Assembly (NCBI RefSeq): GCF_035594765.1
Contig: NC_085846.1
Coordinates: forward strand, 106,689,190 to 106,753,189
Source of the DNA: Anolis carolinensis
Lineage: Eukaryota
Length of the DNA: 64,000 nucleotides
Direction of reading: 5' to 3'
The position numbers were made by a program, and so were the translations under genes. The notes under the pieces are model-generated. The model was not told the DNA's origin and did not search any database. It worked only from the letters and a program-made list of their open reading frames with translations. Position 1 is the stretch's first letter, and every line of letters begins with the position of its first letter. This document shows positions 14,901 to 25,272 of this stretch, one piece after another.

Positions 14901-17592
14901 CAGTCCAAGATCTATAAATTTAGACGCCAGTCTATGTGGGAGGTTGAAATTTGCTTCTGGAACCATACATCCCAGGCGTATGGTCATGTTTCAGAAGCAA
15001 ATTACTTCATCCCTGAAAAATGAACATGATTATATCTTGACAGTTAAACATGCCTTTTCTGAAGATGACTGGCTTTGGGTTGCTGTGCATTTTCCAGGCT
15101 GTATGGCCATAATCCAGAAGCATTCTCTCCTGACGTTTCGCCCACATTTATGGAAGGCATCCTCAGAGGTTGTCAGGCCAAAACTGTAGACAGTGCACCT
15201 ACCCTGTCCACTTTCAGCAAAGACTTAAAAACGTGGATGTTCCCGTGCGCTTTTCAGTAAGTAGTCCCACCAGATACTCAGCCCATTTACAATTTTTATC
15301 AGATGCCACACTTTTTCACTGTTCCTCACCTTTAGGCTTAATGTTTTATTGAAATTGCTCCCCGCTCCTATTCCGATCGTCCTTATGCCTCTCAGGAGCC
15401 CTATTCAGAGTTCTACACAATTTTACCCTCTGAATGTTCAGTTATTATTACTGCTCCAGTTTTAAATTGTTGTTGACGTTGTTTTATGTTCTTTTATGTA
15501 TTTATACTGTTTTAATTTTATGATGTGTTTTAACTGATGTTGTTTAGGCTTGTTTCCATGTGAGCCGCCCCGAGTCCCTTCCAGGAGATGGAGGTGGAAT
15601 ACAAAAATAAAGTTATTAACATTACTAGAAGTATTTTTTTTCCTAATTTTTATTTTTAAAACACAAAAAATACCATACACATACAAAACATTTACAATTC
15701 CCACCACCAACACGAGGATTGTTTTCATTTACATATTCATTTCTTGAGACAAACTTTATATCTTTATCTTTATACATTTCCATTCTATATACTATATAAC
15801 ATTTGTATCTTATTTCTTATGGCTTGATTGATTCATGATATAGTTCTTTACCCTTGTCCATCTTCCTTCCATTTCTCTCGTTCTATTTTCATTAGTTTTT
15901 ACAACATTTAATTTCACATTCATAATTTCAAATTCCATTTGTTCCACCATATATTGGTACCATTTGTTTACTGTCCATTTTGATTTATCTTTCCACCCTA
16001 ATACTATTACTGCTTGTGCACATTCAATTATTGCTTCTTTTATTTCCCTTTTATTTCCCGTTTCCTCTTTTCCCTAATACCGCTATTTCCTTTGTTGTCA
16101 CCCACTCACTTCCTAGTATTTGATTTGACTCATTTTGTATAGTCTGCCAAAAATGTTGTACATATTCACATTCCCACATCATATGATTTTATCATGATGT
16201 ATTGTATGTGTTTTTATAACTTGTTTTATTGTTGTTTGATTTGTTTTACTGCTTGTTTTTATATTGTCATGACCGGGCTTGGCCCCATGTAAGCCGCCCC
16301 AAGTCCCTTTGGGGAGATGGGGCGGGGTATAAGAATAAAATTATTATTATTATTATTATTATTACAGTAGAGTCTCACTTATCCAACACTCGCTTATCCA
16401 ACGTTCTGGATTATCCAACGCATTTTTGTAGTCAATGTTTTCAATATATCGTGATATTTTGGTGCTAAATTCATAAATACAGTAATTACTACATAGCATT
16501 ACTGTGTATTGAACTACTTTTTCTGCCAAATTTGTTGTCTAACACGATGTTCTGGTGCTTCATTTGTAAAATCATAACCTAATTTGATATTTAATAGGCT
16601 TTTCCTTAATGCCTCCTTATTATCCAACATATTCGCTTATCCAACATTCTGCCGGCTCATTTATGTTGGATAAGTGAGACTCTACTGTATTATTATTATT
16701 ATATGCATAAACCGCCCAATAATATTATTAGAGGTAAACTGAAGTTTTGGGAGAAATAAAAATGAACGGAACCTATTGTTAGTACAGTAGTCTCTCACTT
16801 ATCCAACACTAGCTTATCCAACGTTCTGGATTATCCAACGCATTTTTGTAGTCAATATTTTCAATACATCGTGATATTTGGTGCTAAATTTGTAAATACA
16901 GTAATTACTACATAGCATTACTGCGTATTGAACTACTTTTTCTGTCAAATTTGTTGTCTAACATGATGTTTTGGTGCTTAATTTGTAAAATCATAACCTA
17001 ATTTGATGTGTGATAGGCTTTTCCTTAATGCCTCCTTATTATCCAACATATTCGCTTATCCAACGTTCAGACGGCCCGTTTATGTTGGAGAAGTGAGACT
17101 CTACTGTACTTCTGAAAAGGGGGTTAAGGCGACGCTGCCTATGCAATGCACAACCTCTGAGGATGCCTGCCACAGATGTGGGCGAAATGTCAGGAGAATG
17201 CTTCTGGAACATAGCCCCACAGCCCGGAAAATGCACAGCAAAGTTATATTTTATTTTATGTATTAATATTATTATAAAACATCTGGGCACCCACAAGTTG
17301 AGAACCACAGTATTAGACATTCCTTCCCAAATGCAAAAGCACGGGCAGGTCTGTTGTAAGGAAGAAGCACCACCTATTGGACTTCTGCCTGAGAGTTAAA
17401 AGGCGCCTCGAGGTGAAAGGCCTGCTCACAGAGGGACACGTGGTTTCTGCCCACGTCGCGCACCAGCCAGCCCGGTTGCCACGGAGGCGGCGCAGGCGCA
17501 CTCTTAGGAACCGGGCCCAAGCGGGGAGCTGCCTCTCTGCTTACCTTGGCGGACGGGACCACCATGATCTTCTTGAAGTTGTAGAGCGCCAT
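2760..17592 (-). CDS. GTPBP4: GTP-binding protein 4 (NOG1, nucleolar 60S-biogenesis GTPase), complete 17-exon gene, 634 aa
   Basis: join of 17592-17545, 14094-13924, 13132-13029, 12521-12385, 11603-11503, 11091-10999, 9776-9585, 9482-9417, 8807-8718, 7848-7738, 7559-7482, 7392-7341, 6548-6448, 6087-5890, 5279-5214, 4516-4373, 2912-2760 = 1905 nt, one open frame. G1 GYPNVGKS, G2 YAFTT, G3 DTPG, G4 NKCD; NOG1 N-terminus [13 protein letters not shown] and C-terminal [11 protein letters not shown]. Confidence 0.98.
4373..4516 (-). CDS. GTPBP4: GTPBP4 exon 16
   Basis: ttag|GCA...AAG|gtttgt; [22 protein letters not shown]...[11 protein letters not shown]. Confidence 0.95.
5214..5279 (-). CDS. GTPBP4: GTPBP4 exon 15
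   Basis: cttcag|GTT...GAT|gtaagt; [22 protein letters not shown]. Confidence 0.95.
5890..6087 (-). CDS. GTPBP4: GTPBP4 exon 14 (GC donor)
   Basis: tcaaag|AAA...AAG|gcaagt; [19 protein letters not shown]...[10 protein letters not shown]. Confidence 0.93.
6448..6548 (-). CDS. GTPBP4: GTPBP4 exon 13
   Basis: ttctag|AA...AAG|gtaagc; [33 protein letters not shown]. Confidence 0.96.
6826..6964. mobile_element. PIF/Harbinger-type MITE (family A)
   Basis: Left end ggccccttctacac, TAA on both flanks, internally palindromic. Related copies at about 22555-22820, 27491-27641, 51312-51397 (also TAA-flanked), 61382-62129, 62470-62560, 62750-62957 and 63000-63180. Confidence 0.7.
7341..7392 (-). CDS. GTPBP4: GTPBP4 exon 12
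   Basis: gcag|GAG...A|gtaagt; [17 protein letters not shown]. Confidence 0.95.
7482..7559 (-). CDS. GTPBP4: GTPBP4 exon 11
   Basis: cttag|GAA...TTG|gtaagt; [26 protein letters not shown]. Confidence 0.95.
7738..7848 (-). CDS. GTPBP4: GTPBP4 exon 10
   Basis: ttccag|GCT...AAG|gttggt; [37 protein letters not shown]. Confidence 0.96.
8718..8807 (-). CDS. GTPBP4: GTPBP4 exon 9
   Basis: ttag|AAA...GAA|gtaagt; [30 protein letters not shown]. Confidence 0.96.
9417..9482 (-). CDS. GTPBP4: GTPBP4 exon 8
   Basis: tttag|CCT...CAG|gtagga; [22 protein letters not shown] (G4 motif). Confidence 0.96.
9585..9776 (-). CDS. GTPBP4: GTPBP4 exon 7
   Basis: gcag|GTA...AAA|gtgagt; [29 protein letters not shown]... 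(G3 motif). Confidence 0.97.
10999..11091 (-). CDS. GTPBP4: GTPBP4 exon 6
   Basis: ttaag|GTG...CAG|gtaagg; [31 protein letters not shown] (G2). Confidence 0.97.
11503..11603 (-). CDS. GTPBP4: GTPBP4 exon 5
   Basis: ttccag|TG...AAG|gtgtgt; [33 protein letters not shown] (P-loop). Confidence 0.97.
12385..12521 (-). CDS. GTPBP4: GTPBP4 exon 4
   Basis: atgcag|T...G|gtggag; [45 protein letters not shown]. Confidence 0.96.
13029..13132 (-). CDS. GTPBP4: GTPBP4 exon 3
   Basis: ccccag|GAC...AA|gtaaga; [34 protein letters not shown]. Confidence 0.97.
13924..14094 (-). CDS. GTPBP4: GTPBP4 exon 2
   Basis: ttgcag|GAC...GAT|gtaagt; [57 protein letters not shown]. Confidence 0.97.
14300..14950 (-). mobile_element. 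Degraded Rex1/Babar-type LINE reverse transcriptase fragment
   Basis: Minus-strand peptide [24 protein letters not shown]...[26 protein letters not shown], with degraded RT-core remnants upstream. Confidence 0.8.
15077..15173 (-). mobile_element. Penelope-like element terminal fragment with hammerhead motif
   Basis: Same sequence as the terminus of the GIY-YIG-encoding copy at 56464-57290. Confidence 0.85.
15129..15169 (-). ncRNA. Minimal type I hammerhead ribozyme motif (Penelope-derived), core intact
   Basis: Minus strand reads CCU-CUGAGGA-U-GCCUUC-cauaaau-GUGGGC-GAAA-C-GUC-AGG (stem I CCU/AGG, imperfect stem II). Confidence 0.75.
15174..15620 (+). mobile_element. L2 LINE 3' fragment
   Basis: ORF2 end [21 protein letters not shown], then L2 tail tgagccgccccgagtccctt...aataaagttatt. 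Confidence 0.75.
15635..16185 (-). mobile_element. L1/Tx1 LINE 3' fragment
   Basis: Minus strand [17 protein letters not shown] (L1 ORF2 C-terminal cysteine-region motif) and an A-rich tail. Confidence 0.65.
16190..16362 (+). mobile_element. L2 3' tail ending in (TTA)n
   Basis: gtaagccgccccaagtccctttggggagatggggcggggtataagaataaaattattatt. Confidence 0.75.
16365..16687. mobile_element. Tc1/mariner (pogo/Tigger-like) MITE, about 323 bp
   Basis: Terminal inverted repeats CAGTAGAGTCTCACTTATCCAAC; TA target duplication. Confidence 0.92.
16785..17106. mobile_element. Tc1/mariner MITE, same family
   Basis: Near-identical TIRs and body; TA target duplication. Confidence 0.92.
17149..17242 (+). mobile_element. 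Penelope terminal fragment (hammerhead motif at 17154-17194)
   Basis: cct-CTGAGGA-t-gcctgc...gtgggc-GAAA-tgtc-agg; inverted relative to the 15077 copy. Confidence 0.85.
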
Positions 17593-17720
17593 GGCTGCGG
17601 CCTCCTCGCCTCACTGCCTGCCCGGCACGAAAAGACAGAGCGGCGCCTGGAGGAGGGACTTCCGGGTTCCCCCACCTCTCGCGAGAAACAACCAGACCGC
17701 GAGAAAAGGAATGTTCACCG
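17400..17720 (-). promoter_or_regulatory. GTPBP4 CpG-island promoter and 5' UTR
   Basis: CpG-rich; ETS motif CCGGAAGT (17658-17665, minus); perfect palindrome TCTCGCGAGA (17677-17686, BANP/ZBTB33-type motif). Confidence 0.85.
17545..17592 (-). CDS. GTPBP4: GTPBP4 exon 1, coding part
   Basis: gcagccATGG strong Kozak context; [16 protein letters not shown] then AAG|gtaagc. Confidence 0.97.
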
Positions 17721-17888
17721 GCTTCTCCCTGTCAACATAGACTTACGATTCTAATAGAGTCACATCCTCTTTCAACACAACTTCCTTCCGAGTTGCAATC
17801 ACATACTTCTCTGTTTGCTTCCCCCAAATGGAGGAAAGATTCCCTTTCAGGCAAAAAAGAAAAAAAAAAGAGCAGCATTGTCTATCTC

Positions 17889-17907
17889 ACAGCGCCACCT
17901 GCTGTCC
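17889..17907 (-). promoter_or_regulatory. CTCF-like motif
   Basis: Minus strand GGACAGCAGGTGGCGCTGT closely matches the CTCF core CCASYAGRKGGCRS. Confidence 0.55.
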
Positions 17908-17949
17908 AGGAGGATGAAAGCGCACATTCCTTTCCCAGCTCCCATGGTA

Positions 17950-18892
17950 CAGCGGAGTCTAACTTATCCAAGAATCGCTTATCCAAGGTTCTGGATTATC
18001 CAATTATTATTAGCGACGTTTATATCCCGCCCTTCTCACCCCGAAGGGGACTCAGGGCGGTTTATAAGTACAGTAGAGTCTCACTTATCCAACATTCGCT
18101 TATCCAACGTTCTGGATTATCCAACGCATTTTTGTAGTCAATGTTTTCAATACATTGTGATATTTTGGTGCTAAATTCGTAAATACAGTATTTACTACAT
18201 AACATTACCGCATATTGAACTAGTTTTTCTGTCAAATTTGTTGTATAACATGATGTTTTGGTGCTTAATTTGTAAAATCATAACCTATTTTGAGGTTTAA
18301 TAGGCTTTTCCTTAATCCCTCCTTATTATCCACTATATTCGCTTATCCAACGTTCTGCTGGCCCATTTACGTTGGATAAGCGAGACTCTACTGTATATAT
18401 ACATACAATATATTATATTATACGACTATATTGCAATATTATTAGTAATATTGCATGTAATATAAATATGCAATTATAATAGTGAATTATTATTATTACA
18501 TTGTATTACATCATAATATTGTTATTAATATTACATGTATATACAATATATTATAATATTAGTATAGTATAATATTATTATATATTATTATATCATTAAA
18601 TTGATACAGGAGATATGGTGGAAAGATGCATTTTTGTAGTCAATGTTTTCAAAATATCGTGATTTTTGGTGTTAAATTCGTAAATACAGTAATTACAACA
18701 TAACATTACTGTGTATCGAACTACTTTTTCTGTCAAATTGTTGTATAACATGATGTTTTGTGCTTAATTTGTAAAATCATAACCTAATTTGATGTTTAAT
18801 AGGCTTTTCCTTAATCTCTCCTTATTATCCAAGATATTCGCTTATCCAAGGTTCTGCCGGCCCGTTTAGCTTGGATAAGTGAGACTCTATTG
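17950..18892. mobile_element. Tc1/mariner MITE ('CCAAG' variant) split by an L2 tail that holds a second MITE (18071-18393)
   Basis: Left piece 17950-18003 and right piece 18628-18892 are consecutive in the family consensus and share diagnostic tatccaag variants; the inner copy has its own TIRs and TA duplication. Confidence 0.85.
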
Positions 18893-19262
18893 GGTTTCTG
18901 TGAGTTTTCCGGGCTGTCTGGCCATGTTCCAGAAGCATTCTTTCCTGACGTTTCACCCACATCTATGGCAGGCATCCTCAGAGGTTGTGAGATATATTGG
19001 AAACTAGGCGATGGAGGTTTATATATCTGTGGAAGGTCCAGGGTGGGAGAAAGAACTCTATACTGCTTAAAGCAAGTGTATGTTGCAATTGACCACCTTG
19101 ATTAGCATTGAGAGGCCTTGCATCTTCAAAGCCTGGCTGATTCCTGCCTGGGGGAACCCTTTGTTGGGAGGTGTTAGCTGACCATGATTGTTTCATGTCT
19201 GGAACTCTCCTGTTGTCAGAGTGTTGTTCTTCCTTTACTTTAGTTTTTTTTAATACTGGTAA
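18892..19262 (-). mobile_element. Penelope-like element fragment (hammerhead core intact at 18944-18984)
   Basis: Collinear with the copies at 45001 and 56464. Confidence 0.85.
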
Positions 19263-20774
19263 CTATGAACATGAACAAAATCACAGATGGTAGCAATCTC
19301 CACGAGGGAAGCTTGAAGTGGCATGTTTATTTGTTTGTTTATTTACTTATTTATTTGCAGTATTTATATCCCGCCCTTCTCACCTCAAAGAGGACTCAGG
19401 GCAGATCACAGTGTACATATACATGGCAAACATTCAATGCCATTAGACATATGGCATAGAGACAAAGACACAGAGGCTATTTAAACGTGGGCCGTGACAA
19501 CTCATTGAGGCCCTTGGCAACTCGTTGAGGCCCTCCGCCCCTAGGAAACCACAGCTCCTGCGGATACTGAGTCTCCATTTTATATGGGGAGGGATTATTG
19601 ATGTTTGACAACAGTATCCCCTTTGGAATGACTGGTGACTCACCAAACTACAACTCCCAATTTTGAGTGATTTCAGCAACAACTAAAACTATGGATCCAG
19701 TTCGGAAAGCTATATATGATTCGGAATAATTTGTATTTTGGGGTTGGGGTTGTGGGTATGATTTTTTTTTTGAGAATACCAAGATTCCATCACATTGAGT
19801 CATGACAGTAGAAGTGGTGTCAAACTGCAAATGTAGATGCACCCATAGTTTAATACGCAAACCACTACACCAAATGTAATGGATTCAAAACTTTAACTCA
19901 ATTTATGTTTCAGAAATTTTGCATGCTGTTAAATCAGAGTCATTTTAAAAACAGTTGTCTCTTTCAAACCTAGGAGGAAAACTAAGGAGAGAACCTTCAC
20001 ACTGAATTCCTGTGCAAAACTTCCTCAACCCATAATTCTGAATATCGAAACTAAAGTCTGTTATGCTACCAAATGTTGTCTCATTCTGCAGAAAGCAATT
20101 GGAAGTTCACTGAGCCTTTCACTGTAAACTTGCAGACATATAGAGGAGCACCCATCAAGACCGGACATTCCTAAGCCTGCAGCTCTTTCTCACTCTTAGT
20201 ACCAGACATATACCATGTCCAAACCTACAATCTAAGGTGGCCAGATCTCAGAGCTGAGTTTCCTGTTTTTGTGGCTTATCCCCAGGAGGGAGATGAGAGA
20301 GTGAAATCTGAAGTTTTGTGGGACTCATCCCCAGGTTTGGCAATAGGACTATGTGCAAATATCCAGTTGACCTAGTATAGGAGTGATTTGAAATTTGCAA
20401 GACTTAATGGATTTGTTTTGGCAGTTTACAAAGACTCTCTGGGGTGATGATGTCTACATATTTATTTCATCTACATGGGCAGGTGACTAGGACATTTCTG
20501 CCCTGGATCCAGCACATACTTGCTGAATACAAGGCCAATGTCCAAATGGGTCCAGCCTTTCCCTATGCTGGCCCTTCCCCATGTTGCCCCCTACTTCTTA
20601 CTGGCCATTGCTTGTTGCATCTGCTATTGTCAGAATAGGACACCTGCATGATCCGCAAGGAGGGGCGAAATGACACCACCCCTTTTGCTGGTCATGCAGG
20701 AACCCCATTCAGATATTAGAAGGAACAATCCCCCACATCTCACCATGATCTGGGAACAATCTTATTAACTAGCA

Positions 20775-21305
20775 GTTAAGGCATAAATAGTGCAGCATCT
20801 GTATTGAGGGAAGTCATAGTACAACTCTATTCTGCTCATGTGTCCAATTCTGGGCACTACAATCCAAGAAGGAACATGTCCAGAGCAAGGCCTCAAAAAT
20901 AGTCAAAGATCTGGAAGCCAAGCCCTATGATGAGCATCTTAGGGAGCTGGGGATGTTTAGCTTGGAGAAGAGAAGATTGAGAGGGGACATGAGAACCATG
21001 TTTAAATATTTGATAGGATCTCACATCAAGGAGGGGGTAAGCTTGTTTTCTGCTGCGGCAGAGACTATGATACAGAACAACAGATTCAAACTACAGGAAA
21101 AAGAGTTTCCACCTAAAGATTAGGAAGACCCTCCTGACAGTAAGAGACATCCGACAGTGGAATATACTGCCTGGGAGTATGATGGAGTGCCCTTCTCTGG
21201 AGGCTTACAAACAGACTGGTTATCTGTTGGGAGTGCTTTGACAGAATGTTCCTGCATGGCAGAATGGCACTTGTGATCTCTCAACTATAAGGTTCTCTGA
21301 CTCTA
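20775..21305 (+). mobile_element. CR1 LINE 3' fragment
   Basis: Typical CR1 ORF2 end (tgtgtccaattctggg..., agggagctggggatgtttagcttggagaagagaagattgagaggggacatg) and a degenerate tail; smaller CR1 pieces at about 29060-29130 and 56365-56462. Confidence 0.85.
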
Positions 21306-24300
21306 ACTAAGACTTCTATCTTAACTTTGAAACAGGAAATATGTTCTTTCTCTCTCTGAATGACAAGCTATGGGCAACTGGCATTTAAAGCATAAAGCTT
21401 AATGGCATCACTAGGAGCTATCCCTAGGTTTCAGGGCTTTGGATGATTCTGAACTAGCTACCCTACTACTGTACTAACAGTGCCAAGACCAAGGAGACAG
21501 AGTGGCACCTGCCCCTGGGCTGGCCCTCTTCTGATGAGCCAACATGCCATTTGGTCCCAGAGGATAGACAGTGATGTCAAAACTGCTTCAAAAATGTGGA
21601 CAAAAGTAGAGTGAACACTATGCTATCCAAAATGAAAGTGGCTTCTGAGGAACTTGAAGTTATGTCACCAGCCATAATGCATTGTATAATAGTGGACAGA
21701 GATTAGAAAAGTTAGTTTTTTGAGTACAGCTGCCAGAAACCCCCAGTCAGCATAACTACTGGATTTTGGGATTTGTAGTCCCTCAAGAAGTAATGTTTCA
21801 AAACTTTGGTAGTCAGCAAGAGCTTCCAACCAAAGGCATCCTAAGTGCCTCTTCTGTTGTACTCCAAACAAAGAGTTATTATATAAAATTCAGCATATTC
21901 TCCGAGCTGTTCCAAAGAGATTATAATATATTGGCAACTGTCAAAGAGTATTTGAACAACATTTATATCCCAATCAGCCAAGCGATCAACTAATCCTTTT
22001 CAGCATTTACTTTCAGTAATGAATAAATGAACCACACTTATCACAAACATGCTGATAAAGCTACAAGAGTTATGGTTCTTGAGGGTTTGTTTACAGCGGC
22101 TTTATCATCTTGGAGAGCGGATGACTTTACAAACATTTTCATTCACTCCAATCCTTCACCCCACTTTTATTAAAATAGGGTGAAGACTTCATTATTCATT
22201 GAGAGAAGGAAAAGGAATTGTGTCTGAATGAAGAGGTTGAGTTGTATGTATAGCAATAATTTGGTTTTTTATTATGGTCACAGAGGCAGTACTTGCAAAG
22301 TTATTTGTAAGAAGAATTAATAAGATGTGGTATGGAAATCAGATGAAAATTAACACTGAGAGGGAGAAACTGTGTATCCATGATCATCATATCCTCCATC
22401 ACTTTCAGGTCAGGGAATGGGAAAGACAATTGGTGCACGAAGTAGCTTCCCATTGTTTCCCATTACTGAAGCTTTGCAATATACTCTTCAGCATATTGTT
22501 AAACAAACGGTGTGCAACAGACAAAGAATCCCAGCATTCCCCAGCATTGACTATGGACCCATCTACGCTGTCATTAATCCAGTTTCAGAATGCAGATTAA
22601 CAGCATTGAACTGGATTATACGGCAGTGTAGACTCATATAATATAGTTCAATGCAGTTCAATCTGCATTATACAAGGGCCTATCTATACTGCCATATAAT
22701 CCAGTTTCAGAATAAGAATGCAGATTAACTGCATTGTACTGGATTATATGACAGTTTAGACTCATATAACCTGGTTTAATGCAATTCAAATGGCATTATA
22801 TGAAAGTGTAGATGGGGCCTATGTGGCTCAACACTGCAGTAATTCTAATCCAATAACATCTGGAGCTCCTTTTTTTCATAAATCACCTTTTGATTCACTG
22901 AGAGAGAGAAAAAGAATAAAAAATGTGGCAAATATGTAAATTCCCTGATTTTTACTCATTCAGGGAACCTGCCCCTATGTCTTGAAGGAATGGTAAAAAA
23001 ATATAGTGAGCTTCTTCAAACCCACAAAAGTAGCAGCTATGGAAAGGCACCTTCTGGCTGACCAGCCTTGCAGCCTGTTCGTAATCTGTCATCTTTTTCA
23101 AAATGCTTTAATGATTTTTCCTCCACAGTCCTGTTATCAGAACAGGCTCAGCTAAAAGATAAAGAGCTGGATGTGATGGGGTAAGCAGGATTGCAATCAG
23201 TTGTACTTCCATATGTTATTGACAGAAGTGAGCCTGCCTAGGATGTCACTGCAGGCTTAATTCAGCCTCAAGAGCCACCATTTGTGATGGATTGTTATAC
23301 GTGACATCAGTCGTTCCAAGCCCACATATTCCTGTCTTACCCATTACTTCATTGCCAGAGAAAGTGACAGAAATTACTCATCAGCATGAGAAACCAGTGT
23401 GATCTAACTGATAGATAGCTATCCGCATTCAAATCCATATATCAACCAGACTAAGGGTGCATCTACAATGTGGAATCAATGCAATAGGAGACCACTTTGA
23501 CTGCCATGACTGCTATGGAACCATGGGGATTGTAGTTTTACAAAGACTCTTTAGTTTTTCCCCCCCCTGCCAAATAGTGCTGGTGCATCAACAAAGCACA
23601 GTTCCAGGGATTCAATTAACCTCTCTCAATCGTAGAGGAAATCAAGGACAAACCCCTTCTGAAGAAATATTGTCCAGAAAACTCTGTAACAACTGTACCT
23701 TGCTTTAGAATCACCATAAATTAGAAATTACTTGAAGGCAGACAACAATAACAAATGATTATTGAAAACTGTTATATCAATACTTAAAATAAATACAAGT
23801 ATAAGTCTGTTAACAAAATAACATTTTTGTAAGCAATGTCCTTCTTGTATAATGTGAACATAATATGTTATGTTCACTAAAGTATACATGTTTGTGTGTA
23901 TTCCTCACCCCATAGTGAACCCATTGCCATACTTCTCTTTAATCAGAGGGATGTATTGCAAAATTCAATACAAATTCTGCAGGACAATTATGTTTATTAC
24001 TTTCCCACACTACAAGCCATGCTGGCTAGGATGCCGGGAGTTGGTAGCCCCAAAACTACACTTAGCCTTCAGCAATTAAGTAGATTAAATATTTTCTCCC
24101 ACTTTGGATTACCAAGACAAGACAAGCTTTGCCTGTTTTAATTTTGATGCTGCCAGAGCTATTTGTCCTTCCTTCTTTAGGAACGACCAGCCACACTTCT
24201 TCCTACAAGTTTTCAGTAGGAAATCCAATTCTCTCCTTAAACTTTCATATTGATTGAGGTCAACTAGGGCTCCAGCAGCTACAAGTGACCCCAATTAATT

Positions 24301-24819
24301 CCCTTTTAACTCAGACTATTGCTTTTCACACACACACACACACTCACACACTGGGAAGCCACCTCTCCCCTTCTGTTCTAATTCTCTCACATACTTTTTA
24401 ACTCCTAACAGGGTTTTCTCCATGGCCCAATTTTTTTTTTTAAAAAAAACAAAACCCTTCCCCCAAATATTTCTCATTATTGAAATATATTTCTGACAAT
24501 CCAAATTTCAGCTGCCATAGTCAAAATATTAGACATAGGGGTCACCCTGATACTAACCGTAGAGCAAAATGTTGTGGAAAATACAGGTTGTATTTTCATA
24601 TCTTTAGATAAATAAATGATATGTATAACTAAGATCAGAATTTGTCCTATTGTGTTTTAGTTTTGCCTTTTCATTGGGAGCTGTTGTCTTTCACATTACT
24701 TGTGTCGAATCCACTCTGGAATTTAATTTGAACTTTAACCGAACTTCTTTCATGTAGACCTAGGTATTGGCATTATTGTGCGTCTTTCAAATCGTTTCTG
24801 ATTTATAGTAATCCTAAGG

Positions 24820-25272
24820 CAGTTGTTCCCAACCTGTAGTCCATGGACCACTAGTGGTCTGCAAGAATGAAATATGGTCTGCGGCCTCACTATTACTACA
24901 CTGTTGCCTCGAAACCACACGGCAACTAGAGCGACTGGTCTCACAAAACCCTCTTATATTGCTGGGGCAACGTGGATGTCAGGAAGGGAGAGACTGACTA
25001 CCCACAAAAGATTACTACTATCACATCAGATCTAGATTATTAAATATGGTTTTCTTTGGGCAAGCGGATGGTGACTACTAGATAGCATATGTACTGTATC
25101 ACAAATTAGAGCTGATGGGGTCTATCAAATGCAATTTTCTGAATCAGAAACCCAAATAACCAAGCCCAATTTAAAGTTGACCAAAAGCTGATTTGTAACT
25201 CTTTTGGTACTAATGTTGGAGAATGGTCCCTTTTCAAATGGTCCCTGCTCAAAAAAATGTTGGGAACCATTG
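24820..25272. mobile_element. Non-autonomous hAT element
   Basis: TIRs cagttgttcccaac / gttgggaaccattg; degenerate 8-bp TSD tcctaagg / acctaaga. Confidence 0.75.

Noticed and set aside
17377-17754. 125-aa plus-strand ORF over the GTPBP4 promoter
   Set aside because: CpG-island artefact antisense to exon 1, with a non-ATG start.
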